Assembly (NCBI RefSeq): GCF_002113885.1 | Contig: NW_018408610.1 | Span: forward strand, 564,648-628,647 | DNA from: Mizuhopecten yessoensis | Taxonomy: Eukaryota | Reading direction: 5' to 3' | DNA length: 64,000 nucleotides | Part shown: one piece after another, positions 11,437 to 23,427 of the stretch | Layout: each line of letters starts with the position of its first letter | How positions within the stretch are numbered: the stretch's first letter is position 1 | Notes under the pieces: model-generated | Told to the model about the DNA's origin: nothing | The model's database searches: none | What the model saw: only the letters and a program-made list of their open reading frames with translations | Position numbers and translations under genes: made by a program

Positions 11437-12953
11437 CGAGAAAGAGCATCAGCTGTAGAGTTTTGCTTACCAGGTATGTGCTTGGCATGGATAGCAAAAT
11501 TGTGCTTAGCAGCATGAAAAGTCAAACGTCTCATAAGCTTCATAATGCTAGCTATCTTGGATCTCCCTTTATGAATGATTTCCACGGTAGCCAAGTTATC
11601 ACAGTAGAAAAGGATTCTCTTTCTACACCACAAATGCCCCCACACAACACATGACATCACTATAGGGTACAACTCAAAAAGTGCCATAGAGTGTTGCTCC
11701 TGGTGAAAATCAGGGGGGAAATAGCCTTGGAACCAGCTATTGCCATGTATTCCTCCAAAAGATGTGGGGGTAGCATCAGTGAAGATATCCATGTCTGCAG
11801 CTAATGTAATGTTGTCATCCAAAAAGAATGAAACACCATTCCATGAAGAGAGGAATAAGGACCACATAGCTAAATCTGAACGCACAGCTGATGTCAAAGT
11901 TACATGATGGTGCAGTTTGGGTACTGTGGTAGAGAGGCTGATGAGGTGAGATACGAAGGAACGTCCTGGACGTATGACTCTACTGGCAAAGTTCATATGG
12001 CCTAGAAGGGACAAAAGCTCGCGCTTCGTACATGTTTTCCGTCGGGCAAAACTGTCTAAAATCTCACGAATTCTGATAACTTTAGCCAAAGGAAGTCTTG
12101 CTTCCATTTTATCAGAATCTAGACACACACCTAAATACTCAAGAGCTGTACAGGGTCCCTCTGTCTTGTGTTTGGCAATGGGAATATTTAATCTATGAAA
12201 AATATTTAAAAACTTCTCCATGGTTGCATTCGCATCCGCTATAGAGGGTTCAAGCACTAAAAAGTCATCAAGCAAGTGTAATACATTGTCTATTTTGTAT
12301 ACATTGTGAGCAATCCAGCAAATAGCTTCAGAAAGGTTATCAAAAAGTTTAGGACTTGATCTACTGCCAAAAACAAGTCTTACAAAAAAATAAAACTTCT
12401 CTTCCCATGAAATACCATGTAAGGGCCACAACTCTGGTTTAATAGGTAAAAGCTTGAAAGCATCTGATATATCAGTTTTCATGAGCAGTGTGCCTTGACC
12501 CAGGCCTTTAATCAAGGTTATAGCATCATCAATCTTCACATATTTCAACGAGTGACTGTCTTTGTCTATTAGGCTATTCATGCTAGGATTATCTGGGTCA
12601 TTGTGAGGAGCAGACATGTCAACAATTAGGCGCTTCTTCTGTGAATATTTATGTACAGCAATGCCAATGGGATTTATTCTACTGGTAACAAACGGAATAG
12701 AGTCAAAAGGGCCTATCACAAAACCTTTAGCAATTTCTTTCTGAATTAAATCAGAAACTACAGCTGGGTCTTTTAAGGCGGACAGTAAGTTTCGGCACTG
12801 AAAAGACTGACCAGGTAGATATTCGAATCCAGTATCGAAACCTTGAGACAGACCCTCAGTCAACATAGCAACAAAATTTTGATCAGGGTGAGATTGCAGT
12901 TCACATTTAAGGGTCTCAATACACACTGGTGTAGTAGCCACTAAGTCTATCAT
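11346..12953 (-). CDS. pol: Reverse transcriptase / RNase H
   Basis: KKRLIVDMS, KTDISDAF, FGSRSSP, HLLDDF, EYLG; RNase H motifs FTDA, ELYP, CDN, HIPGKQNSTADALSR. Confidence 0.95.
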   Translation of the reverse strand: MIDLVATTPVCIETLKCELQSHPDQNFVAMLTEGLSQGFDTGFEYLPGQSFQCRNLLSALKDPAVVSDLIQKEIAKGFVIGPFDSIPFVTSRINPIGIAVHKYSQKKRLIVDMSAPHNDPDNPSMNSLIDKDSHSLKYVKIDDAITLIKGLGQGTLLMKTDISDAFKLLPIKPELWPLHGISWEEKFYFFVRLVFGSRSSPKLFDNLSEAICWIAHNVYKIDNVLHLLDDFLVLEPSIADANATMEKFLNIFHRLNIPIAKHKTEGPCTALEYLGVCLDSDKMEARLPLAKVIRIREILDSFARRKTCTKRELLSLLGHMNFASRVIRPGRSFVSHLISLSTTVPKLHHHVTLTSAVRSDLAMWSLFLSSWNGVSFFLDDNITLAADMDIFTDATPTSFGGIHGNSWFQGYFPPDFHQEQHSMALFELYPIVMSCVVWGHLWCRKRILFYCDNLATVEIIHKGRSKIASIMKLMRRLTFHAAKHNFAIHAKHIPGKQNSTADALSRWQMTRFRELAPYADQQPTPCLPMQELMMA

Positions 12954-14299
12954 TTCTTCTTGTGTTGAGTCCCAGTTCTCTCTAAAGGGCAGTTGGCTTT
13001 GGGATGACTGTTTTTACACGATAAACACACATGTGATTTAGAACAAGATTGCACTTGACAGCCCCTTTCCCCGTTAAAGTTATTGCAGATTTCTTTGCTG
13101 CCATGAAACATCCTAGGTCTGCCATGGGTATCAACTGTGTTGCCATAAACACGGTCCTTGGATGTTTTACTTGAACTGCTGTTAATAGGAGCACTATGGT
13201 TTGGTGGAGAAGCAGGGCAAAATGCAGACAGATGAAGGGAGCTGCCACAGTAACAACAAGAATTTGCCTGACGGTTGGTAAAAATGTTGCTGAAGAGGGT
13301 ATTGTCACGTATGGACCAGTCGACACAAACATTGTTGCATCGTAGGTAGGCTGCTGCGCGCAGAGAAAACTGGCAATGGTACTCATAAAAGCCAGAACCT
13401 TGGAAACGAGAAGCCATGTCAATTAGGTCCCTTTCGTACATGTCTAACTCGACTCGTCTATGGGGAAAGGTATTACACATCACATGTTTGTAAGTGCCAA
13501 AGGCTTGGATGAACTCCCCGATGCTAAGTGTTCGGTTAAGTCTATGATCTGGCTTAGCCTCCTGAAAGCCACTGTCCCCTGAACCTCTGTAGTAAGGGAT
13601 GAGGAGCGCCGCTAAATTTACATCCCTACCTGTTATGATACTGTTCCTAAGTGCCTGGGAAACGGTTTCCACTAGAGGCAGGGTGTGGGCAGCATATCCA
13701 AAAGTAGTCCTCGTGGCGGTAGTATCTGGCGTTTCCAACTGGGCGACGCTTCCTGCTGCCGCGCTGGGCGGGTTCCTTGCGAAGTTGTGGAAACGTGAGT
13801 AGGCAGTTGACAGTGAATACTCTCCAGTGTCGCGAGAGAAATCACGGAAGGTAGCAGGTGTGTTTACATCTGGGTAGTTCGGCCGATCTGAGGTAGAAAG
13901 TTCCCTGGCAAGCGGATTAGTAACCAGAGGCACAACAGAGTTCAATTTAGTTTCAAGTGAGTCCACTTTGTTTGTCAGCACCGTAACTGACTCGGCCAAT
14001 GTTGATATAATAGCTGCCAAATTGTTATTACCATGGGGGCCGCCATCTTGGCTGACGTTACGCACGGAACTCTGGGATCGCGCACCTTGAGGAAGAATGG
14101 AGTGACGCGGAGTTGACCCAGTTTCCTCGGGAGATCCCCGCTTCTCCCGAAGCAGCTTGACCAAAGCAAACCTACGAACGTTACTTGCGAACGAGATCCC
14201 TTGTTCTAAACAGGCGGTTTTCAACCTAGCTAACGTCCAATTTTCCAAGAGTTCAGGATCGTACGGCGCTGCTCGGGTTTTATTACTTTTAGGCGCCAT
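12950..14299 (-). CDS. gag: Gag-like ORF1 of the YR retrotransposon
   Basis: ATG at 14299 (MAPKS). CX2CX4HX4C knuckle CCYCGSSLHLSAFC, and C-terminal CNNFN..C..C..HVCLSC..H..C cluster. Confidence 0.85.
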   Translation of the reverse strand: MAPKSNKTRAAPYDPELLENWTLARLKTACLEQGISFASNVRRFALVKLLREKRGSPEETGSTPRHSILPQGARSQSSVRNVSQDGGPHGNNNLAAIISTLAESVTVLTNKVDSLETKLNSVVPLVTNPLARELSTSDRPNYPDVNTPATFRDFSRDTGEYSLSTAYSRFHNFARNPPSAAAGSVAQLETPDTTATRTTFGYAAHTLPLVETVSQALRNSIITGRDVNLAALLIPYYRGSGDSGFQEAKPDHRLNRTLSIGEFIQAFGTYKHVMCNTFPHRRVELDMYERDLIDMASRFQGSGFYEYHCQFSLRAAAYLRCNNVCVDWSIRDNTLFSNIFTNRQANSCCYCGSSLHLSAFCPASPPNHSAPINSSSSKTSKDRVYGNTVDTHGRPRMFHGSKEICNNFNGERGCQVQSCSKSHVCLSCKNSHPKANCPLERTGTQHKKK

Positions 14300-16278
14300 G
14301 ATACGTGGTTCAACAAATACACACACTTCGATCCAATAAAGTTGTTCAGAGGTCCAAAACTACTGCTCGAATAAAGAAGCGTCAATATAAACACACCAAC
14401 CGAAACACATAAACCGAAGTGCAGGGAAGTGCACAGAAATTCCAAGTAATCCTAGTTCCAACGATCAAGAACGTCCTTGACACAGTAATATCACGCGTGA
14501 AAATGACAACACAACACGTAGGCAACGTACGGAAACACTAGTTAGTCTGTCGTTGAAAACCAAGGCTTCCTAGAAAAAAAAATTGACGTCTGAAGGTAGA
14601 AGCTCTGCAAACAGTAACAGAAAATCCGTGTACTCCTTGAAAACCCCAACGAACACGAAACGTCCTTGACACAAAATCGCACGTGAAAAATGTCAACAAA
14701 AGCACGTGGTGAAACGCTACATAAACACGATAGTGAAGCGTAGTAAATCAAAGCTAAGTAGAATAAAAACTTAAACCTCGTAAGAAACTAGTGTTGTATA
14801 TGTAAACTGGCGGAAAAGCGTTAAAAAACTGGGAGAAACAAAAACAGACAGTGCTGATACTGAGACTGCTTAAAATGGCTGAAGACAATATCAATAGGGC
14901 TATCCCTATAGGCTGAATGACCATTGGTCAACCAGGTCACGTGACAAACTGTACACCTTACCAAATAAGGTAGCGTAGATGATTAGTAAATATTGTGTAC
15001 AAACAATTATTTAGGTAAACCCAAATAAACATAAAGACACAGTTCCAGAGTAACAAGGGAATGTACATTGGCTAGGTCTGAGAACAAATTCGTTCATTGC
15101 AGTGATTTTTCTCGACTTACAAACCACTTATGTAATTTTCAAAAAAGTAGACTCTATCAAAACAGTAATATATTCTTTATACTTTGTTTTATTTACTGTT
15201 GGCTGATTAGTTGAGGAGTACTTACAACATCTACAGGTATTCTAAGAGTTTGGTCCCGAAGTAAACGTGCCAAGTTGGTAATGGTTAAATGTATATCCGT
15301 TTGAGCTTCATTTAAAATCTGCATAACATCAATTTGATTTAGTTGTTTTTTCCTGAATCGGCCGAAGTATAATCACAATACAAACGATGAAGTGAAGCAC
15401 CAATTGACAATGAAGCCTGTAGATGCAGAAAGCCATACAAAATAAACATTTAAATGTACCATCCGTACGTTTGGACTTAGCAAACATAGAAATACTATAT
15501 ATATGAAAAGGCTCTCAAACGGAAGCATGAATGAGTAAATAGAAAAAATGAATTTAGATAATACGCAATACATTAAGATATATTATAACATTATCATAAG
15601 CAAAACTGTTTCATGGTCAAATTTCGAGAAATTTTTGAAAAGTTTGTATCTGGTAAGGTTTTTCTTTATTTAGGTTTTGAGAAATTAGGAGGTCGTTATT
15701 AGGAGTACAATTTAGTCCTTATTCTCTTCTGTGTTGTTTTAAAAGGGGATGTCTAATGTTGTTATTATACCTTCTTGTTTGTTGAAGCTCTGGTGTGGTA
15801 TCCACCTATACCTTTTCAATGGAAAGAGTTTAAGTGCACTCTTGTGATTTTATTCTGCCGATTTATGTGATCATGAATACATTGCACACTCAATGTTTCT
15901 GATTGATGAAAGTCGGTTAATCCTTCCCTACATATATAGTGTACCTTTTCCGATACAAATATCTTCGTTGCGATCTTTTATCGTTTGAATCCACCGACGA
16001 TAACACAGGTTTTCAACATACATGTCCAGGTAGGGACGTTGATAATTTAAATATTTTATGATACCTAAGCATAATCGTCCCTAACATGGTAGGGTGCAGG
16101 CAGTATCAATCAGACTGCAACACTCCACGTATCTTATCATAATTTTATGTGATAGAACCACTTGAAATTCGTTTAAATCTGACCGCACGCTGGTTTGCAA
16201 AATATTTATTAGGCAAACAAATGGTGTAAATATTTTGGGAACGTCCTAATGTTATTCATACTACAATCTATAAAATTG

Positions 16279-16403
16279 AAAGAGCTATGGCGGAAATCTG
16301 CCCATATTTCCATAAGTTGGCATTTATGAAAACAGTACACGGTGGCACATCGGTCTCAGCTTCAGGGGAAATAGGCATAGCAACCTGCCATACATAGCTC
16401 TTT
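16279..16403. mobile_element. Small MITE-like element
   Basis: Perfect 11-bp inverted termini AAAGAGCTATG ... CATAGCTCTTT. Confidence 0.4.
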
Positions 16404-19400
16404 GGTTTTATTTCAGAAAATGCTTCATTTAATATCAATTACTTAGATGATACCTTAAAACATGTTTTAACATGGAAACGCTAATACATAATATTATCTA
16501 TAAACCTTTAAACCTTGCTTTAACTCTCAAACAACTAACAATAGTACATAACATCTTATAATTGCATTATACACGTAACTTTTAGACGAAAAGATTTTGC
16601 CCAGATTAAATGAAATACAATGTATTCGATATATCATTTTCTCTGTTCAATATATAACTAAGACCACAATTTTACTATATGTTCCAATGCAATATTTTAT
16701 TTCATAACGAATTCCCAATATTTGATAGCTTACTTTCCATCTAACCTGGTTAAGAGCATCATATTGGGAGTAAAATATCAAAATTTTAACATAGCATGTA
16801 AGCCTTTTTCTTGAGATAATCGTCTGCATGTGTCACCAATGTCAAATATAAACTTCCGGGTCAGGGGTAAACACAGGACTTTCCACTCAGCACTCTGCAC
16901 CAAAATATGCACAATATAAAAATTGACACAAAACATGTTAGATTCGTTATCTTTAGAGTATTTCAACAGCAAACTTTTACACAAAAACCAAGTTCTGAGA
17001 GGCATAGTTTATTTTTACTAAAAAACCTATATTTCTAAGGGATTTCATTTGTGAATACTGAACCTGGAAGCATTTAATTGTGTACTCAGTCCTTGATACA
17101 CACTATGGCAGTAAACTATCGAAACCAGTACAGGGAGTTTACCTATTGAATATTTGAGGAGATCTTTAAAAGGCCCAGTTTTTAAAAGATTCGTTATCTT
17201 TGTTATTTTGATTTACTATGTTTACTATTAGATAAGAGTGTTCATCGTGAGTTACGATATAAAGGATGTAACCTTAATCATTGGGGGCCTACATGTACTC
17301 TTTTTTCTCCTCGTTTCGATTGGGATTATCATGATGGGTACATTTGGCTAGCTTAAAAATCTATAGCACATGATTTCAACTTTCAATTGATTTTCTTAAG
17401 TGGAGGCAGTTTTTGAGGTGTTAGTCAATGTTCCAATAAATTATACAATGGTTTGACACAACCTATATGTACATATAATAGTCGAGCAGAGGGCCCCAAT
17501 TTGCTTTTAATAAAAGCTGACCATCTCTGGATTTCCCTCGACACCTAGTAGGCTTCTAAGCATAAGGATACCCTGCCTCTGGATATCGATCACTTAAATG
17601 GGCAGCTGAACAATAGCTTGAAAACAGTTCATTAAACACGATATTAGTTATAACGATTGCAATTGTTACAGTATCTTTTCTCTCTTTAATGTTTTACGAT
17701 CGGCGTGATACAATAATATCTTCATTATGTAATATGTATACATGTTAGTTTCACATTCTGATTTAATTGCAAACCATTTTTGTCGAATTAATGCATTTTA
17801 CAAACAAATAAGTCAACAGATATAAAATAAATAATGAAAAAAAATAAAGAAAAATAGAATGAATAAATTAATAACCATTATATAATAAATAAAAATGGTT
17901 TGTTGCCATCTCTAAAATATATAAAGACATTTTGTTCTTTAAATAGTTAGGACAGATTTTCAGAAGCGATCGATTTAGAAACGTGGGAAAAAACAATATT
18001 GTACGTGTAATGTATACTGGCATAATCTACTGCTTGCTATGAGTATGCTGTCCCATATACACAGCTGCCTGTGGATAGCCTTCTTCAATTTGACCTCTCT
18101 GGCCAGACATTATTGCGCTAATCTGTAACTTAGCAACAGTAATATCAGGTCGTGATCTTTAGACAGAATCAAAATTTTACGTACATGTAGCTGAGCAACA
18201 CACATATGTTAAACCGATTAGTGACAGATTGTATACATCTTGAACCGTCCTGGTTTGTTACCTATTTTATCAGTCTGTGTTTTAATATTCAATATCACAA
18301 TGGATGTCAATACATGAGAAAGATTTTTGAAAATTTTGATATTTTTTCTGTAAGTGTAACTGAATCGATCAATTTCTAACATGAAGAGCTACGTAAAATA
18401 AGCAAAGGGAAATATATCACGAAAACAAGTATACAATCCGTAGACGAAACGAACCAAGAATAGATCGAATGTCAGGAATGATCTAAAGCAGCAAACAAAT
18501 ATCAGAGAAAAAATTCGACGAAGATCAGAACATACCTTCAATACCGCCGAAATGAAACTATGGTTGAGTAGTTCATTTGCAAATATGATGCATATATGAG
18601 GACATGTGCCTATGACTCTATGCTACGTACGAAGTACATTCAAAATCAACACAATCTATAGCAAACATGTACATACATTTCACCTCGCTGTTTACAGTTA
18701 AGCTGAAAGAGTGTAGCTCACACATTTAACTTAACGCCGACCTAGCTTATGTTCGTAATACGTAGATAGTGCAGCATCTTTGGGGTCGTTACCTCAAAGC
18801 CGTTGTAATATTGTTGTTTTTGCTTTAAATACATTGTTTTAGTATTATCGGTTGCCAAATGCTCTTGAAAAGCCGGATATATCCCAGTATGAAAATGAAA
18901 GTAATACAAATTGTGGTCAATCAAGTATTTGTAGTAAATGGGCAGTTAGATTTGCATACTATTTTGAATACTATTGTGTTTAGTATTTTCCTCTATTATG
19001 TATTCAAATTATTGCTAAAAGACTAATTGTAACTATTGAAAGAACTTAATTGTTTAAACTGTATAAAAACTTTCATCTCTCCTTTAATCTTCCTCTCTTC
19101 TTCATACATTTTCTTTTCACCTGTTTGTACGTATTATGTTCATCTTTTACAAATATTTCGTATCCATACCCGACTTCCCTTCATTCCTTTATCTCCTTAG
19201 TTGTCCCATCTCTCCTTCGAACCCCATATCATCCCTTATTCATACACTATAATTCGTTCATAGCCGATACCGTAGTCTCTTTTCCTCATCTCTACACCTC
19301 ATTCCCAAAACCTCCTTCATGCTTCATTGACAATACCTCCGTCATGCCTTCATGTTTCCGTCATGCTGCATCTCTCTTTCTTGTCCTATCTCTTCATTCT

Positions 19401-20931
19401 ACCATATCTTCCGCCAAACAAATATATCATTCACAACATATTTTCTCTTCATTGCGCTATCTCTGCCTCTACGGTTTGCTCAATCATTCCTTCCTTCCCG
19501 ATCTCACAAGATCTCACAAATGTATTAATTAGTTTCGTTTTAAGATTATATAATTATAGATTGACATTCAAACTTGAAGTTGTTATCATCTAAATGAAGA
19601 TTAATGGTTTTATTGTTCAAAATATCAAAAATAATCTATAAATGTTATACTGTAAACAAAAGTAATTTGTCAAACGATCACAACAGCATGTGACGGGACG
19701 CGGTGAAGATAAGAGATAATTACCAATTAAAGATTAATAATCAATGGATATTTTGACTTTTTCGTTTGTGTGGTCGTTTAAGTATTTTTATTTTATAGAA
19801 ACAACTTTCCAAACCTTATCTTTTGTTAATTTATCGATTACCTATTTCCTAATTTAGTAATTGCATTTATCACTGCGTCATATTCACTGTATTGGAACAT
19901 AGGACGGAATTGGTAGTATAAACCTAGCGGTCAATGTATCGAGATCTCTTGTAGATAATATAATTATAAACACAAGCGGAGATATTGGTTCACATTTTGG
20001 CTAACAACTGGAGGGTTACACCCTGAATGCGATTACACATGTCACATTTATGACGTCATGTTACTAACATGTATCTTCGATCTGGCATCTTTCAGTGTAA
20101 CCTCATGATTTAGGACAACTACTTTGTTTTCCTGATCGGAAAAAAGATACATATATTTACCAGAGAAACGTATGGTCTTCTAGATATAATACGAACTCTT
20201 TGAAACTCAGGATAGCTTGTTTCTATTTCCATCTCATCAATTAGCTTAAAAGGACAACAAATGGCACCACGATCTCAATAAAACCAAATGCAATGTGCAT
20301 GCATCATGATCAAACATACACAGAACAAGTGCATGCTTGTTCATATATTGTCTTATCAGCACACTCATGTTTAAATTAGAAACGCAGCTAATTTCAATAT
20401 AACCAAAATAAATTAGTATGGTAGGACCCCATATACAAATGTTGTTAAACTAGATCATTAGATTATACCTAAAGGTGTAACGCAAGACGGCAACTATTTG
20501 AGCTTATCTAAACAGGACATTCATCTTCAGTTAACTTGTAAAATCAAAACGATTTCCTCACAAAATGAAAGAATGATAGCTAGTTGTATTTCCTTACATC
20601 TGGTTGAAACTGTTGAAGTACACTACACTAGCATTGTGTAAATCAGAAACAGAACCTTCACAGCACCAACACACAAGGATTGGACCGATACGAAAATGAA
20701 ATGAAATAAACAGTTACATGCAAGTCATCGAAAAACAAGGGACCACCACAAACGACCACCAAATATCAAATTCCTAAATAGTTTTTTAACGTGTTAGTGT
20801 TTTTCATGAAATTGTACGAACACGGAGAGTAGCTTCATATTCCTACTCTCAGCAACTCACCCCATGTTTAAGATAGTTTACCGTTTGCGGTATTAAAGTG
20901 GACAGAACACTCAATGACAACGAAAAACAAG

Positions 20932-20937
20932 TTTATT
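20932..20937 (-). terminator. Candidate polyadenylation signal of the mucin gene
   Basis: AATAAA on the minus strand ~1.4 kb downstream of the stop, followed by GT-rich sequence. Confidence 0.4.
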
Positions 20938-22307
20938 TTTTAATAGATATATAACAATTTATATAACATATATTGAATTAATTGCTTACAGGAAACGTAT
21001 ACAAAAAAACAACGTTTTAATGGTACAAAATTAAACACATGAAGATTATACATATTTAACAAGATAAAGGAGTTTGATGTTAGATGAAATTGCACACATG
21101 ATATACAAGATGCTCAATAAAAAAGAAAGGATTTTTTGCTTATTCAATAAAAAAGACTGCACTTATTTAATAAAATATAATTAGATCATGAAGAAATATA
21201 AATGAAAATGGTGCAATTATCCCTGCTAGTATTTAAATCATGAAAGTATTACTGGTCGGATTCACTTCTATATTAACTTTCCAAAATTTATTTTATCAAT
21301 TACTGCCTTGGTTATATGAAAAAATGTCAATCTGTTTATATAATGAACTCATATACAAGTACCACTTGGTTGAAAATGATAATATTACATTCGCATCACC
21401 TAAAACTTCTATCCTTATTGGAAAATAAGCCGGCCCTAACAAGTCTGTGATTCCTTACAGTCAAATTCATCACAAACTTAAAAAAATAGTAGGCCAGTCG
21501 TAAAAAATGTCTTTGAATTTTTTATGTTTGAACCTGCTTAATAGTCTTTGAATTTTGAAAATAAGCCATATACTGCCTATTCGTTAATATCCTTCGAAAG
21601 TCAGACAGCATTGAAAAAAGACAAAAGAAAATATTTCTCACAGGATAATAAGTCGCGCCTTATCCGTAATTCAGGATATATGAACAATACACGATATCGA
21701 TAAATATTGACTTTTTAGCCACGCATATATTAGAAACATATTAATGTTAAGAATGTATAACAATATATCGCTGAACTACCTTACTACTGAATTGAGAATA
21801 CTTGGCTTTTTATAGTTTTAACATCCGTTCAAATATACCAGGTAATCAGTTCCATTAAATCAGCTTATCCAAGCGGCATCTCTTATTCTGGTTCTCCTGT
21901 CCAGCAGGCAAGACATATCCGATTCTACCATTTGAAAGATAGCTAGTAAGCCAGCCGTTCACAGACATTCCATTCTTTGCAGCGCTGCAGTGCCGTTCAC
22001 ATACATTTCATATATTGCAGTGCTGCAGTGGAACTTCCATTGGTAAGGTGACCGATGTCACACACCTGTTGTCCTCGTCTTTAGACCATCGTTTTTATAT
22101 CACAGACAAAATTAATAAGCTTTATCGACAACTAATTAGCTAAATTGCTAACCTGTTAATTATAGTGTGTCTAAAATGTTCACACGCCTGACCACAGAAA
22201 ATCATGAACAAACTTTTCTATGAGAATCCATCAATAATGTCGCAGGTTAATAAATTCGCAAAGCAATGTTATACTGTTAAATACCCGACAAAAGTCATCC
22301 ACACATC

Positions 22308-22329
22308 TTAAACGAATCGTTCCTGGTAC
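22308..22329 (-). CDS. Mucin exon 11 coding part (YQERFV*)
   Basis: tattacag acceptor in phase 2; TAA at 22308-22310. Confidence 0.7.
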
Positions 22330-23396
22330 CTGTAATATAGAGAACAGCAAAATTAGTTTTTATCAAATTTTGAACGAATGATTTTATGCAGAATCGGATT
22401 TAGTGAACAGTTGTTCAATACCATTGCTATTGCTGCTTAACGCTAAATGCTACAACATGCTAAATCTATTTTATCAAGAACGATACACCAGAAGGTATTG
22501 CACTGCATAGTCATTTTTACTGCAATAAACATTTTACAGGTAAGATATATCATTCTTTACCATTATACAGTATATTTACTAAAAATAACAGCACACATAC
22601 CCAAACATGTCGCTGTGTCGTGTTGACAACCTTGGGCGTCGGATATAAAGCTAAGGATTTAAACAAAATCATGACTGAATAATTATTCACATTATTTAAC
22701 AGTTTAAGATACTCATGACATATTTGAGTCTCGCAATCAGAAAACACGCAGTTTATTGAAATTGTGTAATTCAATATACACGAATGTCACAAATGACATT
22801 ACCCAAGGTTGAATAAAGTCACTCATATGTTACAATTTGCTCAATTTAGGTTGGTTGAATTATCATTGTCCATATATATATATATATGTTTATACAGCAA
22901 AACTTAATACGTGTACTCTATTCATTAATTTGCATATAAGGAATTACTTAAATGTTTTAAAATAAGATTTTGTTACGCATATGAAATCATCCTTCCATTG
23001 AAAGTAGTATATGTCATTAAAAACAAATTCAAGAATAGTCCAAGATTCTCAAGGTAAAATACGACTGCATCAGTTATAATCGCGAAGAATAGTTCCAATC
23101 AAGAGTCTTCCTATCTATATAGAAGATGAAGCAACCAAAAGAAGTTTTTCTAGCTGAGAGTAACGTAAATGCAATGTAAATATTTCATATTACACCTGCA
23201 ATTCTGTCAAAGGTATTGCAACATGGGATTTTGTTGAAAGATTTGTTTTGAAAGGTTTAAAACAAATATATCACAATAGTGACAGTAGCACCTTAAAAAG
23301 TCCTAATTCGAAAAACACAGAATATATTAATTTTCTTTGCATGACTCTGAGCATAACATTTGTTTCATATACATGTATCTGTTAATCATATGAAAC

Positions 23397-23427
<31 letters not shown>

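Larger units (their letters stand above)
9800..14960 (-). mobile_element. Ngaro-type (DIRS order) tyrosine-recombinase retrotransposon; boundaries approximate
   Basis: Three overlapping uninterrupted ORFs in the order gag, RT-RNaseH, YR. No integrase and no methyltransferase domain. More GC-rich than the flanks. Confidence 0.9.

Noticed and set aside
15600-16080. Possible retroelement-derived sequence
   Set aside because: Too degenerate to assign any motif.
19050-19593. 160-aa and 88-aa hydrophobic ORFs
   Set aside because: Pyrimidine-rich low-complexity tract with no motif or convincing splice context.
23190-23200. Alternative last exon (acceptor then V-stop)
   Set aside because: Weak pyrimidine tract; exons 22601-22650 and 22308-22329 give a better phase-consistent ending.
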